A stretch of DNA of 64,000 nt from an uncultured Pseudomonadota bacterium. GTDB lineage: Bacteria; Pseudomonadota; Gammaproteobacteria; CAJXQU01. How positions within the stretch are numbered: the first letter of the stretch is position 1; each line of letters opens with the position of its first letter. The position numbers were made by a program, and so were the translations under genes. Below the pieces are notes generated by a model that had not been told where the DNA came from, did not search any database, and was given only the letters and a program-made list of their open reading frames with translations. Of the stretch, positions 31,258 to 43,375 are shown in pieces. The stretch covers positions 95,302 through 159,301 of the forward strand of contig CAJXQU010000004.1 in NCBI GenBank assembly GCA_913058255.1, written 5' to 3'.

Positions 31258-31851
31258 ATGACTAACGAAAATGAACCTCTAGAGAATGAGTCTTTAGATG
31301 CGTCGAAAGAAGAGGTTTTAGAAGGAACACTCGAAACTGGTGCACAAGATGGGGAACTTGATACGCAAGTAGAAGGTGAACCCGCGAGTGAACTAGAAGC
31401 ATTGCAAAAACAACTCGAATCAGCAGAGAAAAAAGCGGCTGAGAATTGGGAAACAGCACTACGCGCACAAGCCGAAACGGATAATGTTCGTAAGCGTGCG
31501 GTTAAAGATGTTGAAAGTGCTCATAAGTATTCGGTTGAAAAACTGGTTAATGAGTTTTTACCTGTCAAGGATAGTTTGGAGCTGGGCATCAACGCCGCGG
31601 AAACAGCCGATGTTGCCAATATGGTGGAAGGCATGGAGCTGACCTTAAAAACATTCACGACGGCCTTGGAAAAATGTGGGGTTGAGATTCTCGATCCAAC
31701 GGGTGAAAAATTTAACCCCGAACATCATCAAGCAATGACGATGGTTGAGAGCCCTGATGTGGAGTCAGGCATGGTGATCGACGTCATGCAAAAAGGTTAC
31801 TTGCTTAAAGATAGATTGATCAGGCCAGCAATGGTTATCGTTTCAAAATAG
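31258..31851 (+). CDS. grpE: Nucleotide exchange factor GrpE
   Basis: 197 aa; acidic N-terminus, a coiled coil, and the GrpE C-terminal beta-domain. Confidence 0.92.
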   Translation: MTNENEPLENESLDASKEEVLEGTLETGAQDGELDTQVEGEPASELEALQKQLESAEKKAAENWETALRAQAETDNVRKRAVKDVESAHKYSVEKLVNEFLPVKDSLELGINAAETADVANMVEGMELTLKTFTTALEKCGVEILDPTGEKFNPEHHQAMTMVESPDVESGMVIDVMQKGYLLKDRLIRPAMVIVSK

Positions 31852-31967
31852 TCTTTAAAAGCAACATTCGATCAGAAATGATCAAAAAATACATAAACAT
31901 AACTTGAAATAATCAGTGCTGACCCCATATCAGTAACAAGTAAAAAATTTCTACGGAGAATGAAACA

Positions 31968-33911
31968 ATGGGTAAAATTATCGGAATCGACCTTGGTACA
32001 ACCAACTCGTGTGTTGCGGTGCTCGACGGCGGTGTTCCTAAGGTTATAGAAAACAGCGAAGGCGGACGAACGACACCTTCAATTATTGCTTACACATCAG
32101 ATGATGAAGTCTTAGTTGGACAATCTGCAAAACGACAAGCAGTGACTAATCCAGAAAACACCTTGTTCGCGATTAAGCGTTTGATCGGACGAAAATTTAA
32201 AGATGATGCGGTTCAACGTGACATCAAAATGGTGCCTTATAACATCGTTGCAGCTGACAATGGTGATGCATGGGTAGAAGCGCATGGTCAAAAAATGGCG
32301 CCACCTGAAATTTCTGCGAAAGTCTTGCAGAAAATGAAAAAAACAGCTGAAGATTATTTGGGTGAAGAAGTGACAGAAGCGGTTGTTACTGTGCCTGCTT
32401 ACTTCAATGATTCTCAGCGTCAAGCGACAAAGGATGCGGGTAAGATTGCGGGTCTTGATGTGAAACGTATCATCAACGAACCAACAGCGGCAGCATTAGC
32501 ATTTGGTATGGATAAAAAAGAAGGTGATGCCACAATCGCAGTTTACGATTTGGGTGGTGGTACTTTTGATATCTCTATCATTGAAATTGCTGATGTCGAT
32601 GGTGAGCACCAGTTTGAAGTGTTGTCGACCAATGGTGACACATTCCTCGGTGGTGAAGATTTTGATTCACGTGTCATCGAATTCTTAGCCGATGAATTCA
32701 AGAAAGAACAGGGCGTTGATCTACACAATGACCCGTTAGCATTACAACGTCTGAAAGAAGCGGCTGAAAAAGCGAAGATCGAATTATCTTCTAGCCAACA
32801 AACGGATGTGAATTTGCCTTACATCACTGCTGATGCAAGTGGCCCTAAACATTTAAACATCAAACTGACTCGTGCGAAATTAGAGTCATTGGTTGATGAG
32901 TTGATCCAACGCTCAATCGCACCATGTAAAACAGCATTGAAAGATGCTGGCTTATCAGCATCAGAGATTTCTGACGTAATTATCGTCGGTGGTCAAACAC
33001 GTATGCCGAAAGTACAGGAAGTTGTCCAAGAAATTTTTGGTAAAGAACCACGTAAAGATGTTAATCCTGATGAAGCAGTAGCCATGGGTGCGGCGATTCA
33101 AGGTGGTGTCCTTGGTGGCGATGTTAAAGATGTATTGTTACTTGACGTAACACCATTGTCTTTGGGTATCGAAACCATGGGCGGCGTGATGACTAAGTTG
33201 ATTGAGAAAAACACAACGATTCCTACTAAGGCGAATCAAGTGTTCTCAACGGCTGAAGATAACCAAACCGCGGTAACCGTTCATGTTTTACAAGGCGAAC
33301 GTGAAATGGCTGGCGGTAATAAATCGTTAGGTCGTTTTGATCTGTCTGATATCCCACCAGCACAACGTGGTACTCCACAAATCGAAGTTACTTTCGACAT
33401 TGATGCAAACGGCATTTTGAATGTATCAGCGAAGGATAAAGCGACGAACAAAGAGCAGTCAATTGTCATCAAGGCTTCTAGTGGTTTGTCTGATGAAGAA
33501 GTTGAGCAAATGATCAAAGACGCTGAAGCACATGCTGAAGAAGATAAGCAGCTTCATGAGTTAGTGACGGCAAGGAATACGGGTGAACAGATTATTCATC
33601 AGACTGAAAAAGCCTTGACGGATCTTGGTGAGAAAGTTGAAGAAGCGGAGAAAACTGAAATCGAAGCAGCTGTTGTTACTTTGAAAGAGGCTATCGCAAC
33701 GGATGACAAAGATGACATTGAAGCGAAGACTCAAACATTGGGCGAGTTGTCTGGCAAGATCGCTGAACGTGCTTATGCCGAGCAAGCGGAAGGCCAAGCG
33801 GAAGGCCAAGCGGAAGGCCAAGCTGATGCAGCTCCTGAATCTGAAAATGCTAGCGATGATGATATTGTTGATGCAGATTTTGAAGAAGTTAAGGACGACG
33901 ACAAAAAATAA
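31968..33911 (+). CDS. dnaK: Chaperone DnaK (Hsp70)
   Basis: 647 aa; N-terminus [17 protein letters not shown], the DLGGGTFD motif, and a substrate-binding domain. The C-terminal tail contains a (AEGQ)x3 repeat encoded by a GCGGAAGGCCAA x3 tandem at 33786-33821. Confidence 0.98.
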   Translation: MGKIIGIDLGTTNSCVAVLDGGVPKVIENSEGGRTTPSIIAYTSDDEVLVGQSAKRQAVTNPENTLFAIKRLIGRKFKDDAVQRDIKMVPYNIVAADNGDAWVEAHGQKMAPPEISAKVLQKMKKTAEDYLGEEVTEAVVTVPAYFNDSQRQATKDAGKIAGLDVKRIINEPTAAALAFGMDKKEGDATIAVYDLGGGTFDISIIEIADVDGEHQFEVLSTNGDTFLGGEDFDSRVIEFLADEFKKEQGVDLHNDPLALQRLKEAAEKAKIELSSSQQTDVNLPYITADASGPKHLNIKLTRAKLESLVDELIQRSIAPCKTALKDAGLSASEISDVIIVGGQTRMPKVQEVVQEIFGKEPRKDVNPDEAVAMGAAIQGGVLGGDVKDVLLLDVTPLSLGIETMGGVMTKLIEKNTTIPTKANQVFSTAEDNQTAVTVHVLQGEREMAGGNKSLGRFDLSDIPPAQRGTPQIEVTFDIDANGILNVSAKDKATNKEQSIVIKASSGLSDEEVEQMIKDAEAHAEEDKQLHELVTARNTGEQIIHQTEKALTDLGEKVEEAEKTEIEAAVVTLKEAIATDDKDDIEAKTQTLGELSGKIAERAYAEQAEGQAEGQAEGQADAAPESENASDDDIVDADFEEVKDDDKK

Positions 33912-33936
33912 TTTTCAACACAGATAATTATTGGAT

Positions 33937-33967
33937 AGCCCAGGCAGGTGAATAACTTGTCTGGGCT
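33937..33967 (+). terminator. Stem-loop between dnaK and dnaJ (attenuator-like)
   Basis: AGCCCAGGCAGG-tgaataa-CTTGTCTGGGCT, a 12-bp stem with two G-U pairs, 26 nt after the dnaK stop. It is followed by a modest T-rich stretch. Confidence 0.35.
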
Positions 33968-34041
33968 GTGTCATTTATAAAGGATGCTCTTAGATTTAAG
34001 AATAAAGTTGAAATAAGAGTCTTCTGAGGAAATAGAAAAAC

Positions 34042-35181
34042 ATGGCAAAACGTGATTATTATGAAGTTCTCGGCGTGAGCAAAAATGCAAGCGAAGCTGA
34101 ACTGAAAAAGGCCTATCGTAAGCTAGCGATGAAGTATCATCCAGATCGAAATGTGGATGATTCTGAGAAAGCAGAAGAGAGCTTTAAAGAAGTAAAAGAA
34201 GCTCACGAAATACTATCTAATGCTCAAAAGCGAGCTGCTTATGATCAGTTTGGTCATGCGGGTGTAGATCAGTCCATGGGTGGCGGCCAAGGTGCTGGCC
34301 CTGGTGGTATGGGCGATATTTTTGATTCTGTGTTCGGTGATATTTTCGGCGGTGCAGGACGTGGCGGTCAAGGTGGGCAACGTGTTTATCGCGGTGCTGA
34401 TTTGGCCTACGATCTCGATATGGCTTTGGAAGAAGCGGTTGCAGGAAATACAGTTCAGATCCGCGTGCCGACACATAAATCATGTGGTACTTGCTCTGGT
34501 AGTGGTGCGAAGAAAGGTTCTTCACCAACGACCTGTTCGACATGTCAAGGCCATGGACAAGTACGAATGTCCCAAGGTTTTTTCTCGGTTCAGCAAACGT
34601 GTCCAGAATGTCGTGGCACAGGCCAGATGAACAAAAATCCTTGCGGTGATTGTAGCGGTCAGGGGCGTGTTCGAGATAATAAAACTATTTCTGTGAAAGT
34701 ACCTCCGGGAGTTGATACCGGCGATCGTATCCGTTTAGGCAGTGAAGGAGAAGATGGCGAAAATGGTGGCCCAGCAGGCGATCTTTACGTCAATGTTCGG
34801 GTAAAAGCTCATGCTATTTTTAAACGTGATGATGCTGATCTTTATTGCGATGTTCCCATCAGTTTTGTTACGGCATCACTTGGTGGAGAGTTAGAAGTTC
34901 CAACATTAGATGGCAAGGTGACACTTAAAATCCCCGCTGAAACTCAGTCGGGAAAAATGTTCCGTTTACGTGGCAAAGGTGTGAAAACCGTTCGTGGAAG
35001 TCATACCGGTGATTTATTGTGTAAAGCCATTGTCGAAACACCTGTTAACCTTACACAGAAACAAAAAGATCTATTAACAGAGTTTGATAAGTCCATGCAA
35101 GATGGTGGAAAACGACACAGTCCAAAAGAATCTTCATGGGTAGATGGTGTGAAAAGTTTTTTTGAAGATATGAAGTTTTAA
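34042..35181 (+). CDS. dnaJ: Chaperone DnaJ (Hsp40)
   Basis: J-domain with HPD (KYHPDRN), a G/F-rich region, and four CxxCxGxG zinc-finger repeats. Confidence 0.97.
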   Translation: MAKRDYYEVLGVSKNASEAELKKAYRKLAMKYHPDRNVDDSEKAEESFKEVKEAHEILSNAQKRAAYDQFGHAGVDQSMGGGQGAGPGGMGDIFDSVFGDIFGGAGRGGQGGQRVYRGADLAYDLDMALEEAVAGNTVQIRVPTHKSCGTCSGSGAKKGSSPTTCSTCQGHGQVRMSQGFFSVQQTCPECRGTGQMNKNPCGDCSGQGRVRDNKTISVKVPPGVDTGDRIRLGSEGEDGENGGPAGDLYVNVRVKAHAIFKRDDADLYCDVPISFVTASLGGELEVPTLDGKVTLKIPAETQSGKMFRLRGKGVKTVRGSHTGDLLCKAIVETPVNLTQKQKDLLTEFDKSMQDGGKRHSPKESSWVDGVKSFFEDMKF

Positions 35182-35202
35182 CAATATCATTTATTTTTTT
35201 AA

Positions 35203-36030
<828 letters not shown>

Positions 36031-36069
36031 TTTCACAAGCGTTTAGATTTCTTCTAAGCTATCAATAAA

Positions 36070-36103
36070 ATCAGCAGTATATTTCTATATTGCTGATTTT
36101 TTA
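36070..36103. terminator. Bidirectional rho-independent terminator (dapB / convergent porin gene)
   Basis: ATCAGCAGTATA-tttc-TATATTGCTGAT, a 12-bp stem with one G-U pair, followed by TTTTTT. An A-tract precedes it on the other side. Confidence 0.6.
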
Positions 36104-36155
36104 TCTTACTCCTAAAATGGTCCAAGTGACTTTCAGAATACTCCAGAAATTCAGA

Positions 36156-37457
36156 CTAGAATTTCAACTGGCCAAATACCCAAAACTTACTAATATCTAC
36201 CGCTCGTATTCCAGTATTAAAACTGTTTTGATCGGCATTGTAATCAGCATATTTAATGCCGAGCGTATAGTGTTTTTTGAAAATTTTAGTTGCTAATAGA
36301 TCAATCTCTGAACCGTAGTCATAGCTATTATTATCAGAACTTAGATCATGATAAGCGGCAACAAATTTAACTCCAAATGCTTTTACGATAGCAGTGAAAT
36401 GCAGGTCTTTAATACCATCTCCGGGTGTGACTAGAAAACGATCATTCCAACCTTGATAAGCGTGATTAGTTCCAAGAATAGTTACAAATCGATCTGCACC
36501 ACCATTGCCTTCCAGAATTTCATAACTGGCTTTTATAAGGAAAGAATTCACGGCACCACCAAGCTTAAATTTCGCACCGAGTTCTCCAAGGAAATAGCCA
36601 GCACTGATACTGTTAGCGTTATCACCAGCATCGTTTTGATGTGCATATTCAGCAGTATAAATAGCACTGGTTATATTATTAAAAGGAATAGCACCATAGG
36701 CTCTTAGACCAAAGGTATTGGTTGAAAACTGCTCAGCATTATCAAACTCTAACAGGTAAGCATAAGCTTCTAATTTAACCTTAGAAAAGCCATTGTATTG
36801 CGCATTCAAAAAGTGAGAGTTACTATCAAAATAATTTAGTGGATTGGGTGCATCGTCACCAAAGATCCGGTTTACATTCCAGATATAGGCATAACTTAAT
36901 TTGGTATCAGCTATTGCGGTATTCACGATTGATGCGGCATCAAATGTCTGCCAGTTTTGACGCCAAAGGATCGTACCAATAAATCGATGAAAGGGTGCTT
37001 TTCGATAGGTGATGACTTGCCTACCCACCTTTATCGAATTGTTAGCCTGTTCATTGAAAGAGAGATAGGCTTGATTGATCTCTGTACCTTCAGGATCTGC
37101 AACGACAGGAAAACCTGCTTGAGGGCGTGAAGGGTAGGAGTAGTTATCTCCAAATAGTTCTTGGACGTGCTCTATCTGGCCATAGAAGCCCAGCCCATGG
37201 AAGTTTCCCGTTTTATAGCCTAGTGCCATTCTTGCTGTGTTTGCATTGGCTTCACGAGGTTGGGCGTCGTCATCAACATTTTCATACCTTAGGCGCAAAC
37301 TAAAATCTGTTTTTCCTCCCGTTAAAGCTGTCCAGAAAATATCTTCTGCTCGTGTCTCAATGCTTGAGAGTGTAAGCATGCTTACTATGGCTCCGAGTAG
37401 TGCCGAGTGTCTGAAGTAACGTTTATTTTGAGTGCTTGTTTTCATTAAATTCCTCAA
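36156..37457 (-). CDS. Outer-membrane beta-barrel porin-like protein; putative Dnr/FNR regulon member
   Basis: Signal peptide, a beta-barrel-like sequence, and a C-terminal ...VFGQLKF (terminal Phe). Two FNR/Dnr-type boxes sit 56-104 bp upstream of its ATG. Confidence 0.6.
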   Translation of the reverse strand: MRNLMKTSTQNKRYFRHSALLGAIVSMLTLSSIETRAEDIFWTALTGGKTDFSLRLRYENVDDDAQPREANANTARMALGYKTGNFHGLGFYGQIEHVQELFGDNYSYPSRPQAGFPVVADPEGTEINQAYLSFNEQANNSIKVGRQVITYRKAPFHRFIGTILWRQNWQTFDAASIVNTAIADTKLSYAYIWNVNRIFGDDAPNPLNYFDSNSHFLNAQYNGFSKVKLEAYAYLLEFDNAEQFSTNTFGLRAYGAIPFNNITSAIYTAEYAHQNDAGDNANSISAGYFLGELGAKFKLGGAVNSFLIKASYEILEGNGGADRFVTILGTNHAYQGWNDRFLVTPGDGIKDLHFTAIVKAFGVKFVAAYHDLSSDNNSYDYGSEIDLLATKIFKKHYTLGIKYADYNADQNSFNTGIRAVDISKFWVFGQLKF

Positions 37458-37512
37458 TACGGGATCTCAACTATTGTTTAAACGGATTATTGCAGATTAA
37501 AGATATAGTCAA

Positions 37513-37526
37513 ATGATCTAAATCAA
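37513..37526. promoter_or_regulatory. FNR/Dnr-type box ATGATCTAAATCAA (copy 1)
   Basis: Matches TTGAT-N4-ATCAA at 9 of 10 core positions. It lies 56 bp upstream of the porin ATG on the opposite strand. Confidence 0.5.
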
Positions 37527-37560
37527 GTAACACCAAATGTACTTTGTAATGAATGATTTA

Positions 37561-37574
37561 ATGATCTAAATCAA
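37561..37574. promoter_or_regulatory. FNR/Dnr-type box ATGATCTAAATCAA (copy 2, identical 14-mer)
   Basis: An identical 14-mer 48 bp from copy 1. It lies in the divergent region between the porin gene and napF. Confidence 0.45.
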
Positions 37575-37848
37575 AAAATACTAGTCTAGGAGCCTCCGCG
37601 TGATTTTAGTCTTTAGCATATGAGATAGATCCGGAGAGTCCTATGTCGATAAGGTTATTAAGCTCTAAGTCCGTCATCTGTTACTGCTAGAAACTTTGAG
37701 AGCGATGCATTAGCGATACTAAAAAGAAACCTTATGAATCGTATGATTATTGATTTACATCAATACATTGAACTGTCGTTGCTTTTAAAATTATACCAAA
37801 GGTGAATTTTTCAACAGAACCAGCTTGATGATGTAGCTAGGATTATTT

Positions 37849-38358
37849 ATGACTCAGATAAATAGGAATCAGTTTTTACGTGGTAAATGGAAAACAAAAG
37901 AGATTCCTGTAAGGCCACCTTGGAGTGTCGAAGAAGATACTTTTATAGATCGATGTCGTGGTTGCTTACGGTGTGGTGATTGCGTTTCTGTTTGTCCTGA
38001 AAAAATACTGATCAGTGGAAATGGTGGTTTCCCTGTTACTGATTTTACTTCAGGAGGCTGTAATTTTTGCGGCAAGTGTGTTGAAGCATGTCCATCTGGT
38101 GCGCTCGACTCGGCATTAGAACAGGCTTGGAGTTACAGAGGGAAAATTTCTAATGGTTGTTTATCGATCAAAGGAGTGGAGTGTCGTAGTTGTGGCGAGA
38201 CGTGTGAAACCGCTGCTATCAGTTTTCACCCTAAGCTGGGTGGTGTTGTCGAACCTATGCTAGATCCACATGCATGTACAGGGTGTGGTGAATGTATTGG
38301 TGTTTGTCCTGTCAGTGCGCTATCAATTGAGATTCCTCGAGAGATTATTCATGAGTAA
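37849..38358 (+). CDS. napF: Ferredoxin-type protein NapF
   Basis: 169 aa with four CxxCxxCxxxCP [4Fe-4S] motifs. First gene of the nap operon. Confidence 0.85.
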   Translation: MTQINRNQFLRGKWKTKEIPVRPPWSVEEDTFIDRCRGCLRCGDCVSVCPEKILISGNGGFPVTDFTSGGCNFCGKCVEACPSGALDSALEQAWSYRGKISNGCLSIKGVECRSCGETCETAAISFHPKLGGVVEPMLDPHACTGCGECIGVCPVSALSIEIPREIIHE

Positions 38359-38602
38359 AGAAGAAATAGATATTTGTGGCGTGCTGGTTCATGCCAAACC
38401 AGGTTCAGCGAAACAAGTAAAAGATCGGTTGTTGGCGTTGCCTGGTGTTGAGGTTCATTCGGTGACAGCAGATCATCGGCTCATTGTTACGGTTGATCAG
38501 GCCGATTGTGAAGAGGAAAAGATGATGACTAAAACCATCAACAGTTTTCATGATGTAAAAGGTGTTTTGTCAGCGGCCTTGGTTTATCAGTACGCTGAAT
38601 AA
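38351..38602 (+). CDS. napD: NapA chaperone NapD
   Basis: 83 aa, MSKEEIDICGVLVHAKP..., a NapD-family ferredoxin-like fold protein. It overlaps the napF stop by 8 nt. The track ORF starts earlier, at a non-ATG codon at 38270. Confidence 0.8.
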   Translation: MSKEEIDICGVLVHAKPGSAKQVKDRLLALPGVEVHSVTADHRLIVTVDQADCEEEKMMTKTINSFHDVKGVLSAALVYQYAE

Positions 38603-38649
38603 TGATGATTTTTTTTAAATTTAAAAGCAATTAATTAGGAGTTGTCACA

Positions 38650-41184
38650 ATGAAAATCAACCGCCGTGACTTTATCAAGACAAATGCGATTGCCGCTACG
38701 GCTGCCGCTGCAGGTGTTTCACTTCCTGGAGTTAGTTTTGCAAAAAGTAAAGAGACAATCCGTTGGGATAAAGCACCGTGCCGCTTTTGTGGCACAGGCT
38801 GCTCAGTTCTTGTTGGTGTTAAAGATGGACAAGTTGTAGCGACGCAAGGTGACCCTGATGCTGATGTTAATCGTGGCTTGAATTGTATAAAAGGTTATTT
38901 TCTTAGCAAAATTATGTACGGAAAGGATCGTTTAACAACACCTCTTTTACGTAAAAAAAATGGCAAGTTTGACAAAGAGGGTGAGTTTGAAGCTATCTCT
39001 TGGGATGAAGCCTTTGACATTATGGCAGAGAAATGGAAAGAGTCTCTTAAGAATGATCTTGCCACCAACAAAGGTAAGAAAGCTGAAGAAGTAGTTTCTA
39101 CTGTCGGCATGTTTGGTTCAGGTCAGTGGACCGTTTGGGAGGGCTATGCTGCTTCTAAATTATATAAGGCTGGTTTCCGCTCAAACCATATTGATCCGAA
39201 TGCACGTCATTGTATGGCATCTGCCGTAGGTGGATTTATTCGTGCTTTTGGCGCGGATGAGCCGATGGGCTGTTATGACGATCTAGAACATGCTGATGCA
39301 TTTGTTTTGTGGGGATCAAACATGGCCGAGATGCATCCTATTTTATGGTCGCGCCTGACAGATACGCGTTTGACTAAAGACGGTTGCGAAGTGCATGTGT
39401 TATCGACCTTTAAGCATCGTTGTTTTGAACTTGCGGATAACGGTATGATCTTTACGCCACAAACCGATCTGGCGATTCTTAATTATATTGCGAACTACAT
39501 TATTGAAAATGAAGCCTATAACAAGGATTTCATTGGTAAGCATGTGAACTTCAAAAAGACACCAACGGATATTGGTTACGGTTTGCGCCCTGAACATCCA
39601 TTACAAGTTAAGGCTAAGAATGCCGATAAGGGTGAATTATCAGAGATAAGTTTTGAAGAATATGCAGAATCTGTAAAGACATATACGGCTGAGATGACTT
39701 CAGAGTTGTCAGGAGTTCCTGTTGAAAAATTAGAAAAATTAGCAAAAATATATGCTGATCCAAATAGAAAAGTTACTTCATTTTGGACAATGGGTTTTAA
39801 CCAGCATACGCGTGGTGTTTGGGCAAATGGTTTGATCTATAACATCCATTTATTGATGGGTAAAATTTCGGAGCCGGGTAATGGCCCTTTCTCTTTAACG
39901 GGGCAACCCTCTGCTTGTGGAACGGCGCGCGAAGTAGGCACGTTCTCACATCGCCTACCAGCCGATTATGTGGTTAAGAAAAAATCACATCGTGATTTCG
40001 CAGAAAAGATCTGGAAACTGCCTGAAGGCACTATTCCTGGAAAGGTGGGATATCACGCCGTTCTGCAAAGCCGTATGTTAAAAGATGGCAAGCTTAATTG
40101 TTACTGGGTTATGTGTAATAACAATATGCAAGCTGCGCCAAATATGAACGAAGAAACGTATCCTGGTTGGCGAAACCCTGAGAGTTTTGTTGTGGTTTCA
40201 GATCCGTACCCAACGGTTTCTGCTCAGGCTGCTGATCTGGTTTTGCCTACTGCTATGTGGACAGAAAAAGAAGGCGCTTATGGTAATGCTGAACGTCGAA
40301 CGCAGTTTTGGCGTCAACAGGTTGATGCACCGGGCGAATCTAAATCTGATCTCTGGCAGTTGATAGAGTTTTCTAAACGTTTCAAGGTTGAAGATGTTTG
40401 GCCTGAAGAGTTATTAGAGAAACAACCAGAATCTCGAGGCAAAACCCTATACGAAGTTCTCTATGCAAACGGACAGGTTGACCAGTTTCCTGCTCAACAG
40501 GTGACGGATGGAGCAGGTAATGAATACAAAAATCATGAGATGGAAGAGTTTGGTTTTTATGTTCAAAAAGGTTTGTTCGAAGAGTATCGTCGCTTCCAGT
40601 TAGAAGGTACAAAAAAAGGTCATGAACAGGCGGAGTTTGATAGATATCACACCGTTCGTGGTCTGCGTTGGCCTGTAGTGAACGGTAAAGAAACTTTATG
40701 GCGTTATCGTGAAGGTCATGACTCTTACGTTGGTAAAGGTGAGGGGATTAAGTTTTACGGCAACAAGGATGGTCGCGCTAATATTATTACCGCACCTTAT
40801 GAGCCGCCTGCGGAAAGCCCAGATGAAGAATATGACTTATGGTTAAGCACTGGTCGCGTACTTGAACATTGGCATTCAGGCACGATGACACGGCGTGTAC
40901 CTGAGCTTTATCGGGCTGTTCCTGACGCCGTCATTTTTATGCACCCTGATGATGCAAAAGAAAGAGGATTGCGCCGTGGTTTGACTGCAACGGTTCAATC
41001 TCGACGTGGTGAAATCCAAGCAATGGTTGAAACTCGTGGACGAAACTTACCACCGAAAGGTTTGATCTTTGTACCTTGGTTTGACGCGGGTCGTTTGATC
41101 AACAAAGTAACTCTGGATGCAACGGATCCTTTATCAAAACAAACTGATTTTAAAAAGTGTGCGGTGAAGGTCATTCGGGCCTAA
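38650..41184 (+). CDS. napA: Periplasmic nitrate reductase catalytic subunit NapA
   Basis: 844 aa; Tat signal [23 protein letters not shown], an N-terminal [4Fe-4S] Cys motif (CRFCGTGC), and molybdopterin oxidoreductase domains. Confidence 0.97.
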   Translation: MKINRRDFIKTNAIAATAAAAGVSLPGVSFAKSKETIRWDKAPCRFCGTGCSVLVGVKDGQVVATQGDPDADVNRGLNCIKGYFLSKIMYGKDRLTTPLLRKKNGKFDKEGEFEAISWDEAFDIMAEKWKESLKNDLATNKGKKAEEVVSTVGMFGSGQWTVWEGYAASKLYKAGFRSNHIDPNARHCMASAVGGFIRAFGADEPMGCYDDLEHADAFVLWGSNMAEMHPILWSRLTDTRLTKDGCEVHVLSTFKHRCFELADNGMIFTPQTDLAILNYIANYIIENEAYNKDFIGKHVNFKKTPTDIGYGLRPEHPLQVKAKNADKGELSEISFEEYAESVKTYTAEMTSELSGVPVEKLEKLAKIYADPNRKVTSFWTMGFNQHTRGVWANGLIYNIHLLMGKISEPGNGPFSLTGQPSACGTAREVGTFSHRLPADYVVKKKSHRDFAEKIWKLPEGTIPGKVGYHAVLQSRMLKDGKLNCYWVMCNNNMQAAPNMNEETYPGWRNPESFVVVSDPYPTVSAQAADLVLPTAMWTEKEGAYGNAERRTQFWRQQVDAPGESKSDLWQLIEFSKRFKVEDVWPEELLEKQPESRGKTLYEVLYANGQVDQFPAQQVTDGAGNEYKNHEMEEFGFYVQKGLFEEYRRFQLEGTKKGHEQAEFDRYHTVRGLRWPVVNGKETLWRYREGHDSYVGKGEGIKFYGNKDGRANIITAPYEPPAESPDEEYDLWLSTGRVLEHWHSGTMTRRVPELYRAVPDAVIFMHPDDAKERGLRRGLTATVQSRRGEIQAMVETRGRNLPPKGLIFVPWFDAGRLINKVTLDATDPLSKQTDFKKCAVKVIRA

Positions 41185-41452
41185 GCACTTTAACATTAGA
41201 TGATAGAGAAATGACGGTAACTAAAACTTAGTATGGCCAAGAACTACGGAAGTTACTAGTGGGTTTTACTTGATGATCGCCGCTATCGTGCTTGAGTTTT
41301 CCCTAACAATATGAGCCGTGTTATAGCGATTGGATTGCGAGGATGATTAAGAGTTAAAGGCCAAGGAGTCACTATCTTAAAATCAATGCGATATAGAAAA
41401 ATAATATAAAAAATACGGTAAGTTGGGTTCAAAAAAATGTGGAGTTTTTATC

Positions 41453-41884
41453 ATGAAAAAATTATTTGTTTTTATACTGGTATTGGGAATGACTGTCTTG
41501 ATCAATGCAGAAGAATTGACTTCTCTTCGAGGATCACAACCGCTTGATGAAGCTTCACAAACTGTTGAAAAGAAGGTTTGGGCAAAGGATGGCGAGGTTA
41601 TCTCAAGAAACTATGTGCAACAACCACCGCTAATTCCTCATAAGATAAAAGGCTATCAGATCAATTTGCAATATAACAAATGTATGAGTTGCCATAGTTG
41701 GAGTAAATATAAAGCGTCGGGTGCGACTAAGATCAGTCAAACACATTTTAAAGATCGAGATGGAAATGATTTGGCTAAGGTATCTGCCCGGCGCTATTTC
41801 TGTAATCAATGCCACGTACCTCAAGCGAGCGTGAAACCGATTGTTGAAAATACGTTTAAGCCTATCGACTCGGTTAGCCAATAA
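41453..41884 (+). CDS. napB: Diheme cytochrome c NapB
   Basis: Signal peptide MKKLFVFILVLGMTVLINA and two CxxCH motifs (CMSCH, CNQCH). The ATG at 41453 is preceded by GGAG. The track ORF begins at TTG 41423. Confidence 0.9.
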   Translation: MKKLFVFILVLGMTVLINAEELTSLRGSQPLDEASQTVEKKVWAKDGEVISRNYVQQPPLIPHKIKGYQINLQYNKCMSCHSWSKYKASGATKISQTHFKDRDGNDLAKVSARRYFCNQCHVPQASVKPIVENTFKPIDSVSQ

Positions 41885-41904
41885 AAAAAAACAAGAGGAA
41901 TATC

Positions 41905-42462
41905 ATGACTTTTCGTGGAAAAATTATATCAGGATCCTTAATCACAGGGTTCTTTTTAGGCATCATATTTTGGGGTGGTTTTCATTGGAGTCTGGAAATG
42001 ACTAATAATGAAGAATTTTGTATTTCTTGCCATGAAATGAAAGATAACATTTATCCGGAATACAAAGAAACGGTTCATTACAGTAACCGAACAGGTGTTC
42101 GTGCCACGTGTCCAGATTGCCATGTACCTAAGCAGTGGTTCTATAAAATTAAACGAAAGATTGAAGCATCGAGAGAAGTCTTTCATAAGATTATCGGAAC
42201 GATTGATACTCGTGAAAAATTTGAGGAATATCGGTTGACTATGGCGCTGAGTGAGTGGAAGAGAATGAAGTCGGCTGATTCAAGAGAGTGTCGAAATTGT
42301 CATGATTATGAGTCTATGGATTTTGTTGATCAGGGGCGCCGAGCTGTGAAAGCACATTCAATCGGTTTGGATGAGGGCAAGACCTGTATCGATTGTCATA
42401 AGGGGATAGCGCATCACTTGCCATTAGGCTGGGAGGCCGCCGCTGAGAAAGCTGGATTGTAA
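41905..42462 (+). CDS. napC: Tetraheme cytochrome c NapC (NapC/NirT family quinol dehydrogenase)
   Basis: N-terminal TM anchor and four CxxCH motifs (CISCH, CPDCH, CRNCH, CIDCH). Confidence 0.93.
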   Translation: MTFRGKIISGSLITGFFLGIIFWGGFHWSLEMTNNEEFCISCHEMKDNIYPEYKETVHYSNRTGVRATCPDCHVPKQWFYKIKRKIEASREVFHKIIGTIDTREKFEEYRLTMALSEWKRMKSADSRECRNCHDYESMDFVDQGRRAVKAHSIGLDEGKTCIDCHKGIAHHLPLGWEAAAEKAGL

Positions 42463-42501
42463 TCTTTCAGAAGATCCGAAATAATGACTTATCATTAAGG
42501 C

Positions 42502-43257
42502 ATGAGGCATCGTTATATGTTGATCGGGCAAGGCGGGCAGACTGGGAAGGTTGAGCTGACCGAGTCTATCCAGACAGCAATGCGTGGTTGTACGCTCCTA
42601 CGCAGTCTAGATGATGAAACTTTTAGTAAGGTTGTACAGTTTTCTCATGCTAGAGAGTTACCTGAGAATACCTTGATATTTGAACATGGCTCTGAGCTGA
42701 CAGATTTGTACTTGTTGATTTCTGGTGGAGTTAAACTACTGCGACTGGTACCAAGCGGCGATGAAAAAGTTCTTGAAATTATTAACCCAGGTGAAACATT
42801 CGCAGAAGCTGTTATTTTTATGGGTATGTCAAAATATCCTGTTACAGCAGTAACGCTCTCTTCCTCTACTTTAGTAGGTATTCAAGCGAAACCTTATCTA
42901 AACTTACTTAAATCTTCTAATGCTTTGTGTTTAGAAATGTTAGGAAATTTAAGTATGCGACTACACGGAATGGTGAATGAAGTTGATCGCTTGACTCTAC
43001 ATAATGCGACTTTTCGTTTGGTTGACTATTTGTTGAATCAGATACCTGATGAGCGGGATAACACTCTGGAAGAGCAAACAAACTTGCAACTTACTGCACC
43101 GAAAAGAGTGATTGCTTCTAGGTTGTCGGTTAAACCAGAGACTCTTTCTCGGACCTTAAAAGAACTTTCTCAACGTGGATTAATTCGCTTTCACGGTTCA
43201 CATATTGAGTTCTTAGATATCAAAAAATTACGCGAATTAATATCACTAGAAAGCTAG
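42502..43257 (+). CDS. dnr: Crp/Fnr-family regulator of the Dnr/NnrR (NO-responsive) subclass
   Basis: Colinear with P. aeruginosa Dnr (LISGGVKLLRLVPSGDEKVLEIINPGETFAEAVIFM... NATFRLVDYLL... and a C-terminal HTH, RVIASRLSVKPETLSRTLKEL). It has no N-terminal Cys cluster, so it is not an Fe-S FNR. The exact start is uncertain; candidate starts are 42502, 42517 and 42580. Confidence 0.8.
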   Translation: MRHRYMLIGQGGQTGKVELTESIQTAMRGCTLLRSLDDETFSKVVQFSHARELPENTLIFEHGSELTDLYLLISGGVKLLRLVPSGDEKVLEIINPGETFAEAVIFMGMSKYPVTAVTLSSSTLVGIQAKPYLNLLKSSNALCLEMLGNLSMRLHGMVNEVDRLTLHNATFRLVDYLLNQIPDERDNTLEEQTNLQLTAPKRVIASRLSVKPETLSRTLKELSQRGLIRFHGSHIEFLDIKKLRELISLES

Positions 43258-43294
43258 TTTCAGCTTCAGATCATTTATAAATTAAAACTCTCAT

Positions 43295-43308
43295 TTGATG
43301 TAGGTCAA
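43295..43308 (+). promoter_or_regulatory. FNR/Dnr box TTGATGTAGGTCAA upstream of norC
   Basis: One mismatch from TTGAT-N4-ATCAA; centred about 74 bp upstream of the norC ATG. Confidence 0.55.
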
Positions 43309-43375
43309 TGTTGTATTTTAACGTCTTGAATATACTGCACTGCCAGTTTTAATTGTAATTATAAATAGGATATTC

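Noticed and set aside
33786-33821. 12-bp tandem repeat GCGGAAGGCCAA x3
   Set aside because: It encodes (AEGQ)3 in the disordered C-terminal tail of DnaK. This is an in-frame coding repeat.
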